Position numbers and translations under genes: made by a program. The notes beneath the pieces were generated by a model, which was not told the origin of the DNA, ran no database searches, and saw only the letters and a list, made by a program, of their open reading frames with translations. Below, piece by piece: positions 54,969-62,621 of a stretch of 64,000 nt of DNA. Positions within the stretch are counted from its first letter, which is position 1. Every line of letters starts with the position of its first letter. The stretch is from Eledone cirrhosa (taxonomy: Eukaryota): the NCBI GenBank assembly GCA_964016885.1, contig OZ024745.1, positions 33,232,001-33,296,000 of the forward strand, written 5' to 3'.

Positions 54969-57900
54969 AATGAACCAATTCCGTCAGAAAAGTCCAGGAA
55001 AAAAGAGTGCTCTATGTAGGTAACAGAGCTTAATAGTTATGTAATAAACAACATAAGGCAATTATTTCATTTACCAGTGGTTTCTTAAAAGCAAAAAAAA
55101 ATTGCTTTCAATCATCAGAATGAAAAAATCCTGGAGTATTTATTGATGTTGGATTTTAAAAACAAAAATGCAATCTATATCGTATGTATATAGATATAGA
55201 TTGCATTTTTGTTTTTAAAATCCAACGTCAATAAATACTCCAGGATTTTTTCATTCTGATGATTGAAAGCAACATTTTTTTGCTTTTAAGAAACCACTGG
55301 TAAATGAAATAATTGCCTTATGTTGTTTATTACATAACTATATATATATATATATGCAGAAATCCCAGCAATTACCCTCTATTGGGTAAATGCTAGTACA
55401 AAAATATCATTTATTAATGTGTGGTACAATCTAAACTGGGATATATAAATATGAGGGTTCCACTTCGAATATTTAATTTAAAAAAATGGTATGTGCACAC
55501 CCACACATTTAAAACCCCCAGTTTAGCTAGGTCTAAAGCCTTGGCAAAAACAATCTGGGATCTGAAACGTGCTAATATTGAATACACAGTACAATGGTCC
55601 GTCCATACCGGAATGAAAGCTGCCCCTGTGAACTATGTTTGGCGGAGGTAATTGAAATAGTGACCGGAAAGGACCTAAATTCCCAGCATGATAGGATATT
55701 TAATTGCAAACATAAGATTCTAAAAATCTTCGCTAAATACAAACTGGACTAGAACAAGATTCAATCCCTAATGCCCAGGTTTTACTATATCCTATTTGGT
55801 ACATTTCCTGTGGAATTTGAACTTTTCACACCCAATGGATTCAGTAATATTCAAAGCAATCCCATTTTCTTAATTCCTTTCCTCCTTACCCACTCTAGCC
55901 TACTCTTAACCTCTGCCTTATCTTTCTCTGTCCCTCTCCTTATACCTTCTCTACTCCCATATATGGTAAACATCAAAACCTTCACCTATAACAATGGTCA
56001 AAGAATAATTATTCCACATCACAGCCCACAGATTGATAGTGTGAAACTCTTTACTCCCACTCCCTCTCATCTCTACTATCACACTAACTGACTCTATCTC
56101 ATTCTATTTTTAACATATTTACATATTCTTAAACGAAAATCTCATCACTGAATTATACCCCGTAGTGAATAGGTTTTCTGAAGAAGTGTAATAAATAATT
56201 AAGTATTTCATATGATTGAACAATATATATTGTAGTCAGCATAAGTAGACAATTTATAATAGACACAGAATCATATGTCAAAGCAAATAAACCCATAATC
56301 TCTTCATGTCAACATTTTATTTTTCTTGGTGCAATACTTGCTTATATATATATATTGTATTGTTATTTACTTACAGTTGAAGTTCAGCTAAAGAGACAAT
56401 CTCTAATAATCTTCCTGCCAGAATATTTCCACACTTGAAACCAGCAGCAATAAAATATCCCCTTAAAATACAGTAAATATCTGGTTTAAGGAGAGACACT
56501 GTTCGAAATACTGATTTAATCTTCCGAGCAAATTGCCAGTTTGATTTGCCAGTTTGATTCAATGGTGCAGTCATAAAGAAGAAAGTTCTTGGATTCACTT
56601 CAAATGTCTACAGGAAAATCAGTAAATGGGAGAATGTAAAACCTGAGAAATGTAATAAATATTTTCTCCTTACATTTTATTAACTTGTACAACATTTGGG
56701 AAATGAAAGGGTAAAATATTATACCTACTACATGGTCAATACATTAACCCTTTCATTACTATATTTCTAATGAAAATATACTGTTTCAAGGAATTAATAA
56801 AGAATTTTGAATGATTTACTAAAACCATTAATTATTTCATTCTTAAGATAGTTTTATGTAAGAACAATTTGTTACAAATACTATGCTAGAAGATTTTAAT
56901 TTAACTCTTTCATTACTATATTTCTAAAAAGATACACTGTCTAGCCTCAGCCACTACCAACACCATCTCCATTACCAATCCATTAAATAAGTTTCTAGTG
57001 ATACAGGCTGTACTAAACATAGTATACAAACAGTATATCTTAAGGGACTCTGCTTCATGGTGCTGGCTGACGGGATGGAGAAGACATTGTCCCGGAGGAT
57101 GGCAAGGGAGATGTACTGGAACAGCCACTCCACCTCGTGTGGCTTGGAATTGCAGGCAGCCAATTCCACTCTGATAGCTGTGAGCAGGGATATGGTCTAG
57201 GGGCCAAGAATGCCTGAAGTCTCCACTGCCACAGGCTCAACCATGAACCTATAAGAGAGAAGCCGATACTTGGACAATTTACCTTCTTAGGCCTGGTCGG
57301 CAGTGAAGCCTGAGCTGGATGAGGAGCCAACTCTCGCGAAACAAGAAGATTGTCATGTTGTCTGGCATGCAGTCCAGCTTCACTATCTTAAGCTGGGAAG
57401 AGAAGCCTGCCTATGTATTTTAATTAATTTTGAAAATCATCAAGAATTTGGAGGGATTTAGTTAAAACAGATTCTGTCATTATTAAATTAGTATTTGTAA
57501 CATAACAAAGGCTCTTAAAAAAATATAAGCAATTTAAAAAAAAAAATCATAGAACCAGGGTCAGTTTTAGTAGGTTGGTATCAAAAGGGTTAAGTACCAG
57601 TTAATGTATTGGAGTTGATATAATTGACTAAAAATCTGAGAAGGTGGTAGCCCAGGATGACCACAGATGAATGACTAATAAAAGAAAAAAAAAAAAAAAA
57701 TCAAAGAAAAGAAAATATATGTCATCATCATCATCACCATTTAATGTCTATTTTTTTCCACATTTGCATAGTTGAAACCACATAAGCTTCTTACCTATAG
57801 TGATATATATTTTATGTATAAAAACAAACTAGCAGGAGACTCAGGAATAAATCTCACGCAAGATGGTTGGATATCATCCATGAGCTTGGCTGGTCTCGCT

Positions 57901-60224
57901 TAGGGATCCAGCTGCAGATGGTTACTTCTGACAGGACCTGCTGGAAGGAGTACTTGAGGACTCTGGCCCTGTGACACTCTCAGGAATAATAATAAAGAGA
58001 AGAAGAAGAGAAAGAAAAAGAAGATTACTTACCAATTTCCTGTAGATATCATTTACTACATTGTTCTTCCTTCTGACAACATCTAGAACTACAGCAATCA
58101 GGTCCATCACAACATCTAAACATTTGTGTGAAAGTTTGTTTCCATCATTAAGACATAGCCAGCATCCTTCCTGGCAATTAGAAAGAAAATAATGGTTTCT
58201 AATTTAGACACATGGCCAGCAATTTTTAGGTGTAGGGGAAAGAAAAGACGATGGATGATCGATAAGATCCCAGACTGCATTTGGGTGGAGCTTGTCAAAT
58301 TGGACCAAGGAAACAATGTTTCCATGGGTCTTTCCATTGCTGATACTATCCACTGGTTGCAACGCCAGGCAGAAAGAGCAATATGAAATAAAGTATCTTG
58401 CTCAAGGACATGATGCATCGCCCAGTCTAGGAATCAAACTCGCAACATCACAATTGCAAATCCAATTCTCTAACCATTAAATCACATGCCTTCACATGAG
58501 GTAGGGGAAAGTCAATTATATCAGCCTCAGTACTTGACTGGTACTTTATTTTACAGTACTTTATTCTCCTCCAAGGCACAAGAATGGACAAGGTTGTTTG
58601 TGAAAAACCAGCATTCACCCATACATACCGGTTTCCCCTCTTCACACCATCGATGTTGTCCAAGGGAAAGGCAATGGCTGATACAGCTTGGCACCAGTGA
58701 CCTCACAACTCATTTCTACAGCTGAGAAAACTGAAACAATATGAAATAAATTGTCTTGCTCAAGGACACAACGCATCACCTGGTCCGGGAATCGAACTCA
58801 CAACCTCACGTTCGCAAAGCCAACACACTAACCACTGAACCAAGAAGATATAACAATGATAATTCCTCGTACCATTGAAGCACCTTGAATAATTCTTTGC
58901 ATACTTGATGGATGAAAGTGTGGAAAACATCTCAGCAGATGGTAAAACTGTGCAATGGTATTGGCTACACCCTGCGAATGGAAGGAAAAACAAAGAAAAT
59001 TTAGCAGGGAACTTTGGATAATGTAGTCCTAGATGCATTGTGTCTGGAAAGAAAGATAGAAGTGTAACAGTCAGTACAAGATTAAGATTGGCTAGCTCAG
59101 AGCAGACATGGGTGAAGCAACAACAGCACAACTATGACAATCAGCAGCAGCACAACAACAACAATATTGCAATAACAACACGCTAACAAGGAGCATGTGT
59201 GCAGGCCAAATGCCTGTTAGAAATAGCAGTTAAATCTCTCTCAAATTACACCTTCTCATTTTACAAAAAGGAAGTACTGTAATCCTAAAGTCACTATGTC
59301 AATAACAAGGTCATAGGTGTCAATAACAAGGTCATAGATGTCAATAACACTTGAGATTCAATATCATACAGTATTGAACCCAAGAGTCATTATACCATTA
59401 GATTAAATTCTTCAGCATTTGTTTTGGGTCTCTGCCCACTACGTTCAAATCTCACTGAGGTCAATTTTACTTTTTATCCATTCAGAGTTGATAAATAAAA
59501 TTCCAGCTCAGTACTTTGCTGAATCTGTTTCAGCTCTAATTTTTCTGAGTTCAAATCCTGCCTTCTGTCACCAGAAAAGTGGGGTTACTTTTGCCAGGAG
59601 TTATTTCTGGTAGATAGTATCAGAATTAGAAAGAACAATAGAAAGTTTCCTTGGTTAAATCAGATCATCAGCTTCTTTCTTTATCTACCATTTCAGTCAC
59701 TCCACAGCTACGACAACATGTATGAAGAAAAAAAATCAGGTTTGAAATCAAATATAAAGAGTCACCTTGATAGTTTCTTTCTTGCCAACATCAGGTGTAC
59801 CAACCAGGCAGACTGGCTGTAGGTTTTGAACGGCCAGGAATATGGACAAGAAACATTTGTCTGTCACCGGAGTTATGATAATGCTTGGGTTGCTTCCACA
59901 AAACTCATTGCCATAGATAAGATGGTGATCAAGGATGTCAAGGTGAGGCTTCACTTCTGTTTCTGACAAAAAAAAAAAAAATGAAAGATTTAAAATATTT
60001 CATCACACTGGGCAACAATTTTTTAGTATTGAATGAAATAGATATGTTGTTTAGCCCCATTTCAGCCCTGATCCAGTAGAACTATGATCAAAAGTGTTCC
60101 AGTAGTGACTGTTCCATCAACCTGTCTCTTTGTAGATATATTTCTCGTATTTCTCTCTTTCTGTGCCTTCTTCCCATCCTTCTTTTAAGTTCCTGAAAAC
60201 ATACACGCACGCATGTGCACTCAG

Positions 60225-60260
<36 letters not shown>

Positions 60261-61626
60261 TATGACACACTTACCATTGTTTGGTCCCAAGTAACACTTG
60301 AGGTAACGTCTCCAGTCAAAGTCGGTGCAATGTTTTACTTTTCTCTTACATATTGTATCAAGTGTGTCTCGAAGAGAAAGAGTTTGCTGTAAGTACAAGG
60401 TAAATAGACAGAAGGTAAGGTATAAAGGTAGATTGAGTAAATTGAGTGTTAAGTGTCTTTTTAAGAGATACAGGTGTTGTTGAGGAATCTGAACTTGATT
60501 TCTTGGTCAGTAAGCTCACTTTTCTATTTTATCCAATGCCCTAATAAATGATTTTTAAGTTAAGTACAAGGCCACATATTTGGGGAAAAGGAGCATTTGA
60601 TGAAATCAGACTCAGTACTTTATTTTATCAACTCTGAAAATGATGATAATATTAATTATAACAATGATAATGGTTTCTAATTTAGGCATATGACCAAACA
60701 TTTAGCAGAAGGATATAGTTTATTATATTTTAGTCATAAACAGCAACTAAAATGGTTAGCATCAGGAAGAGCATTCAGGGGTAAAACATTGCCTTAAAAA
60801 AGAATAGTATGATAGGTATGAAGTTTGTGATGAGGTCTACAAGGCTAACCCCTGTTTAGAAAGGAAGATGGCTTTAAAATGCATGTTCTATTGTTGTGAT
60901 GTAGTTGTTTATAAGGAACCCTCATATTTGATTGGTACATATAAGAATGGGCTGAAAAGTTTATATGCTGACTATCAAAGAGTGATGCTAGAGTTGTGAA
61001 ATCTTGCATGCATTAATTTCAACTCTTCTTATTAATAACTGCATTTTTTCTTTCCAGGAACTATATTGTAAAAATATACCTCATTTGGTCATTCCATGAG
61101 AGTATCTTGGTCAGCCTATGAACTTTTCAGCCACCCATTGTATATTGTAGTGATGCTAGAGCTGTGAAATCTTATGTGCATTAATTTCAACTCTTCTTAT
61201 TAATAGCTGCATTGTTTCTTTCCAGGGACTATGCTGAAAAATAAACCTCATTTGGGCATTCCATGAGAGTATCTTGGTCAGCCTAAGAACCTTTTCAGCC
61301 AACCCTCATAATCTATTGACTCTGATCAGTTATCGCCAGCAAAAATTGAACTTAGGATGTAACTTTGTACCATTTTTAACTAAATAATATTTCCTACTTA
61401 CTATTACTATCTTTTCACTTCTGAGTCGTACACGTACACTTTTGGTATCACAAGAACTTTTTGAAAACGAACGATTGAACAATGTTGATAGTTTGTTATA
61501 AATATTGCAGAACTTTTTGTAAATCTTGAACAAAGCCTTGCGTTCCTGCTTCAATTCCATAATTCCTTTCTCTACTTCTCTCGACCATAAATACAGGACA
61601 GCAAGTTGACATATTTGAGTTGGATA
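3753..61626 (-). CDS. Divergent dynein heavy chain gene, partial: 42 exons, linker end-AAA1-AAA4-stalk/MTBD-pre-AAA5; continues beyond both window ends
   Basis: Spliced exons join in frame with no stops (5955 nt). Dynein landmarks appear in the correct order: [86 protein letters not shown]. Confidence 0.93.
4949..5074 (-). CDS. dynein HC exon 41
   Basis: cag|LRSKESEW...[22 protein letters not shown]|gttagt; matches LxGExxRW...SYLGPF. Confidence 0.92.
5250..5580. repeat. (GAT)n degenerate microsatellite
   Basis: direct reading. Confidence 0.95.
5844..6044. mobile_element. Tc1/mariner-type MITE (~200 bp); further copies ~7009-7203, ~14996-15188, ~60942-61140, ~61150-61308
   Basis: ~30-bp TIRs TGAGGGTCAGCTGAAAAGTT.../...AACTTTTCAGCTGACCCTCA flanked by TA on both sides. 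Confidence 0.85.
6531..6758. repeat. (CTA/CTG)n microsatellite
   Basis: direct reading. Confidence 0.95.
6764..6957 (-). CDS. dynein HC exon 40 (stalk CC2)
   Basis: cag|DIEIT...[26 protein letters not shown]...ATNFLLE|gtatca. Confidence 0.88.
7213..7400 (+). mobile_element. tRNA-derived SINE family A; copies ~12420-12596(-), ~14290-14403(-), ~31190-31402(-), ~31724-31912(-), ~36690-36890(-), ~50472-50662(+)
   Basis: A-box-like TGGCAGTATCGG and B-box GAGTTCAAATCCCG, then conserved tttgcctttcatcc..ggggtcgataaaata core; many dispersed copies. Confidence 0.85.
7677..9740. repeat. 46/48-bp minisatellite (~43 copies) inside a SINE/RTE-tail repeat
   Basis: unit tggatgtgtaaaagacacagcaaaaagcacccagcccacactgtaaag; runs into the usual repeat tail (gttggcgttaggaaaggcatccagctgtagaaa...gatgatgat, ~9750-9912). 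Confidence 0.95.
10639..10865 (-). CDS. dynein HC exon 39 (MTBD end / CC2)
   Basis: tag|...[23 protein letters not shown]...VRELEEQI...PDN|gtaagt. Confidence 0.9.
11133..11207 (-). CDS. dynein HC exon 38 (MTBD)
   Basis: cag|[24 protein letters not shown]|gtaagg; phase 1-1. Confidence 0.78.
11667..12390 (+). mobile_element. mariner transposon remnant (left TIR + degenerate transposase N-half)
   Basis: [19 protein letters not shown]...[10 protein letters not shown]; [18 protein letters not shown]...[15 protein letters not shown], typical mariner motifs with stops and frameshifts. Confidence 0.85.
12600..13068 (-). mobile_element. RTE 3'-end copy with internal duplication; other copies ~24580-24945(-), ~25060-25325(+)
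   Basis: near-identical to the 3'UTR of the RTE at 27753-28106; (GAT)n tail. Confidence 0.85.
14566..14679 (-). CDS. dynein HC exon 37 (MTBD)
   Basis: tag|[25 protein letters not shown]...|gtaaaa. Confidence 0.88.
15993..16188 (-). CDS. dynein HC exon 36 (MTBD)
   Basis: cag|[36 protein letters not shown]...|gtaagt. Confidence 0.9.
16728..16873 (-). CDS. dynein HC exon 35 (stalk CC1)
   Basis: aag|DDDSYDEEF...[11 protein letters not shown]...SKEK|gtcaaa. Confidence 0.82.
17715..18322. repeat. GT-rich minisatellite with GGGTACC core
   Basis: repeated aagggggtacc(t/c)gtgtgtgggg units of variable length. Confidence 0.9.
18385..18850. mobile_element. TTAA-flanked piggyBac-like MITE interrupted by a family-B SINE (~18414-18665); copies ~34540-34750, ~37029-37252, ~43953-44170, ~46805-47007
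   Basis: ends resemble TTAA|CCCTTTAG...TAAAGGG|TTAA; shared internal sequence in 5 copies. Confidence 0.75.
18954..19210 (-). CDS. dynein HC exon 34 (stalk CC1)
   Basis: tag|[20 protein letters not shown]...KELLTK|gtaat; coiled-coil character. Confidence 0.88.
19375..19518 (-). CDS. dynein HC exon 33
   Basis: tag|...[33 protein letters not shown]|gtaagt. Confidence 0.9.
19743..19946 (-). CDS. dynein HC exon 32
   Basis: cag|[11 protein letters not shown]...[12 protein letters not shown]|gtaaat. Confidence 0.88.
20227..20352 (-). CDS. dynein HC exon 31 (AAA4)
   Basis: cag|[22 protein letters not shown]...|gtaat. Confidence 0.92.
20817..20956 (-). CDS. dynein HC exon 30 (AAA4)
   Basis: tag|...[18 protein letters not shown]...|gtaaat. 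Confidence 0.9.
21975..22082 (-). CDS. dynein HC exon 29 (AAA4)
   Basis: cag|[36 protein letters not shown]|gttggt. Confidence 0.9.
22780..22966 (-). CDS. dynein HC exon 28 (AAA4, P-loop absent)
   Basis: cag|[16 protein letters not shown]...[20 protein letters not shown]|gtaagt. Confidence 0.88.
23998..24038 (+). ncRNA. type I hammerhead ribozyme, intact core
   Basis: gct-CTGAGGA-acac(caaca)gtgt-GAA-acag(aat)ctGT-C-agc; three helices, GUC cleavage triplet. Confidence 0.75.
27425..30070 (+). mobile_element. non-autonomous Helitron-like element split by the RTE insertion
   Basis: 5' a|TCTCCTTATAATATAT..gtctgtctgtcc; 3' hairpin ending CTAG|t at 30070. Confidence 0.55.
27753..29961 (-). mobile_element. 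5'-truncated RTE-clade LINE (RT, Cys/His finger, C-terminus, 3'UTR, (GAT)n tail)
   Basis: ORFs 29265-30050 and 28107-29261: [56 protein letters not shown]; one in-frame TAG at 29265-29267; cagaaa(c/t)atatatacatttctgtgt duplicated at 27728-27752 and 29991-30015. Confidence 0.95.
30071..30705 (+). mobile_element. non-autonomous Helitron; related fragments at ~27170-27419(+) and ~25550-25633(-)
   Basis: starts TCTATATATATAAAA with gtctgtctgt; subterminal cccgtgcaatgctggg hairpin; ends CTAG|T. Confidence 0.8.
31981..32147 (-). CDS. dynein HC exon 27 (AAA4 start)
   Basis: cag|NVLY...IDMYN...[24 protein letters not shown]|gtaaat. Confidence 0.9.
32290..32946 (+). mobile_element. degenerate R4/Dong-type non-LTR retrotransposon 3' end (CCHC + restriction-like endonuclease)
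   Basis: [31 protein letters not shown]; LWDF; PDI; [19 protein letters not shown]. Confidence 0.85.
33038..33142 (-). CDS. dynein HC exon 26
   Basis: tag|[18 protein letters not shown]...KHTY|gtaaga; phase 0-0. Confidence 0.8.
33900..34052 (-). CDS. dynein HC exon 25
   Basis: aag|GLAKV...[24 protein letters not shown]...VND|gtatgt. Confidence 0.85.
34990..35160 (-). CDS. dynein HC exon 24
   Basis: cag|AAVNGE...IVEAS...[18 protein letters not shown]|gtttga. Confidence 0.9.
35945..36285. repeat. 48-bp tandem repeat (~7 copies), followed by short tandem/inverted ~36-bp units to ~36460
   Basis: unit taacttggtactcctgtaacataggttaagtcataagtcatcagagtc. Confidence 0.9.
36554..36628 (-). CDS. dynein HC exon 23
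   Basis: cag|[25 protein letters not shown]|gtaaat. Confidence 0.9.
37558..37698 (-). CDS. dynein HC exon 22 (AAA3)
   Basis: cag|FLRQILDE...[10 protein letters not shown]...LNQRLL|gtac. Confidence 0.88.
37968..38068 (-). CDS. dynein HC exon 21 (AAA3 Walker B)
   Basis: cag|[34 protein letters not shown]|gtaa. Confidence 0.92.
38157..38395 (+). mobile_element. old RTE fragment (another at ~51000-51300)
   Basis: [37 protein letters not shown], homologous to the 28107-29261 ORF. Confidence 0.85.
38569..38667 (-). CDS. dynein HC exon 20 (AAA3)
   Basis: tag|[33 protein letters not shown]|gtaaga. Confidence 0.88.
38745..39010. repeat. degenerate ~21-bp tandem repeat (ttaaccataaacccaa)
   Basis: direct reading. 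Confidence 0.75.
39314..41538 (-). mobile_element. non-autonomous LTR retrotransposon, two ~310-bp LTRs (39314-39623, 41230-41538)
   Basis: TGTAG...CACTACA termini; PPT agagggggagtat (minus) next to 39623; PBS-like tggcgcta (minus) near 41103-41110; no long internal ORF. Confidence 0.85.
42627..42741 (-). CDS. dynein HC exon 19 (AAA3 Walker A)
   Basis: cag|IPIKYF...[22 protein letters not shown]|gtaagt. Confidence 0.93.
43730..43796 (-). CDS. dynein HC exon 18
   Basis: tag|[22 protein letters not shown]|gtaagt. Confidence 0.85.
44565..44645 (-). CDS. dynein HC exon 17
   Basis: tag|[26 protein letters not shown]|gtaagt. Confidence 0.92.
45504..45710 (-). CDS. dynein HC exon 16
   Basis: ...[29 protein letters not shown]...|gtaagt. 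Confidence 0.92.
46115..46227 (+). ncRNA. degenerate hammerhead with long stem II insertion
   Basis: acctg-CTGATGA-a-gccacat...gtgtggc-c-AAAAC-tcga-GTA-caagt; G12 changed to A. Confidence 0.5.
46606..46670 (-). CDS. dynein HC exon 15
   Basis: cag|[21 protein letters not shown]|gtgag. Confidence 0.85.
47163..47198 (-). CDS. dynein HC exon 14 (36-nt symmetric micro-exon)
   Basis: strong polypyrimidine tract + tag|[12 protein letters not shown]|gtaagt; phase 0-0. Confidence 0.65.
48085..48168 (-). CDS. dynein HC exon 13
   Basis: cag|[28 protein letters not shown]|gtatgt. Confidence 0.9.
48754..48858 (-). CDS. dynein HC exon 12 (AAA2)
   Basis: cag|[35 protein letters not shown]|gtatg. Confidence 0.92.
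50054..50140 (-). CDS. dynein HC exon 11 (AAA2)
   Basis: cag|[29 protein letters not shown]|gtaac. Confidence 0.9.
51367..51620 (-). CDS. dynein HC exon 10 (AAA2 Walker A)
   Basis: [22 protein letters not shown]...RINPMS...IFG...FIDGFF|gtagga. Confidence 0.95.
51999..52188 (-). CDS. dynein HC exon 9
   Basis: cag|VLVQFQYLV...[18 protein letters not shown]|gtaa. Confidence 0.9.
52350..52970 (+). mobile_element. degenerate LINE C-terminus with C2H2-like fingers
   Basis: [14 protein letters not shown] and [18 protein letters not shown] fragments with frameshifts. Confidence 0.55.
53384..53523 (-). CDS. dynein HC exon 8
   Basis: cag|[10 protein letters not shown]...[17 protein letters not shown]|gttagt. 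Confidence 0.85.
54245..54322. repeat. (GA)n microsatellite
   Basis: direct reading. Confidence 0.97.
54517..54671 (-). CDS. dynein HC exon 7 (probable GC donor)
   Basis: tag|[21 protein letters not shown]...TATDK|gcaaga; phase fits the next exon only with the GC donor. Confidence 0.75.
55065..55125 (-). ncRNA. type I hammerhead ribozyme (inverted copy, on the dynein pre-mRNA strand)
   Basis: reverse complement of 55249-55309, differing only in loop II. Confidence 0.8.
55249..55309 (+). ncRNA. type I hammerhead ribozyme, intact core
   Basis: tttcatt-CTGATGA-ttgaaagcaa(loop)ttgcttttaa-GAA-acc(act)gGT-A-aatgaaa; 7-bp helix I, 10-bp helix II, GUA triplet. Confidence 0.82.
55360..56340 (+). 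mobile_element. Penelope-like element 3' remnant (GIY-YIG endonuclease fragment, 3'UTR, HHR-like motif at 56173-56284)
   Basis: PLLGKC*YKNIIY*CVV...H.HTFK...[10 protein letters not shown]...YTVQWS resembles the Neptune-type PLE endonuclease; stops present. Confidence 0.7.
56375..56607 (-). CDS. dynein HC exon 6 (AAA1)
   Basis: tag|[13 protein letters not shown]...[13 protein letters not shown]...AGF...LAELQL|gtaagt. Confidence 0.92.
58033..58170 (-). CDS. dynein HC exon 5 (AAA1, degenerate Walker B)
   Basis: cag|[21 protein letters not shown]...IYRKL|gtaagt; aligns to GAWxCFDEFNRI. Confidence 0.9.
58873..58971 (-). CDS. dynein HC exon 4 (AAA1)
   Basis: cag|[33 protein letters not shown]|gtac; phase 0-0. 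Confidence 0.82.
59766..59962 (-). CDS. dynein HC exon 3 (AAA1 start, degenerate Walker A)
   Basis: [50 protein letters not shown]; cag acceptor, gtga donor. Confidence 0.92.
60275..60386 (-). CDS. dynein HC exon 2
   Basis: cag|[37 protein letters not shown]|gtaagt; DFDW motif. Confidence 0.9.
61402..61626 (-). CDS. dynein HC exon 1 in window (linker end)
   Basis: tag|[32 protein letters not shown]...SEKIVI|gtaagt. Confidence 0.88.
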
Positions 61627-61774
61627 CTATAATTTAAAAAAAAACAACAAAAAATTAATATATATCATATATATAAATAAATCAGTAGGTACCATAAACA
61701 GGAGTTCATTGAGTGTAAATAGTGTGCTTAGATGATACATTCTTTTGTGTATATATATATATATATATATATAT

Positions 61775-62101
61775 GGAGGCACATTGCTTAGTGGTTAGAG
61801 CATTGGCCTTGCAATCGAAGTTCAATTCTCAGACCGGGTGATGTGTTGTTTCCTTGAGCAAGACACTTTATTTCACATTGCTCCAGTTCACTCAGCTGTA
61901 GAAATGAGATGATAGGGACCCAGTCCCTATCATTCCACTGTAAAGTGGACGTGTAGGTGCCACGGCAAAAAAAGCACCCAACACTCACTGTAAATGAGGT
62001 TGGTGTTAGGAAGGGCATCCAGCTGTAGAAATCAAGCCAGAATCAGTTCCCGTCCCACCCTTGCAAGCAGGGAAAAGTGGACGTAAAATGATGATGATGA
62101 T
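61775..62101 (+). mobile_element. tRNA-derived SINE family B with RTE-like 3' tail; copies ~62745-63172(-), ~35296-35645(+), ~18414-18665(-)
   Basis: A box (T)GGCTTAGTGG and B box GTTCAATTC, central tccttgagcaagacact domain, tail gttggtgttaggaagggcatccagctgtagaaa...(GAT)n. Confidence 0.85.
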
Positions 62102-62217
62102 ATATATATTATACATGTATAATATATATATATCATCATCATCATCATCATCGTTTAACGTCCATCATCATCATATATATATATATAAGTAGTTCCACAA
62201 CAGTTAATTCACCATTT

Positions 62218-62259
62218 CCGAGAACAATTTGTTTCACCTTACACGGATCATCAACTCGA
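62218..62259 (-). ncRNA. degenerate hammerhead ribozyme
   Basis: tcgag-TTGATGA-tccgtgtaaggt-GAA-acaaattGT-T-ctcgg. Confidence 0.55.
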
Positions 62260-62621
62260 TCTAAAACTGTTGTGGAACTACTTCTACCAAACTCGTCCCA
62301 CGGATTGAGTGCTCTACTACTACCACCAGTGCTCTGCTAATATATATATATATATATACATATATATTATATATTATATATATATTATTTAGTGTCTAAA
62401 TTCTGTATTATGGAATCATGCTAATATCCGTTAAAATTATACAACTAGTGTACACCTGTTTTTAAAGTGATGGCTGTTTTAATAATTACAGAGAATGCTG
62501 ACTCCATTAAAAAATGAGTTGCAAGAGATGTCAACATGAATGGACTTGTTATTTTTATCTAAAGACATTTTTTCCAATTCCATCCTGCCTGTCCCCTCCA
62601 TCTTACTTATTTCTCATTCTT

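Noticed and set aside
3753-61626. Assigning a gene symbol (DNAH5/8, DNHD1) or calling it a pseudogene
   Set aside because: It is too divergent for orthology by eye, and the intact frame and splice sites over 42 exons argue against a pseudogene.
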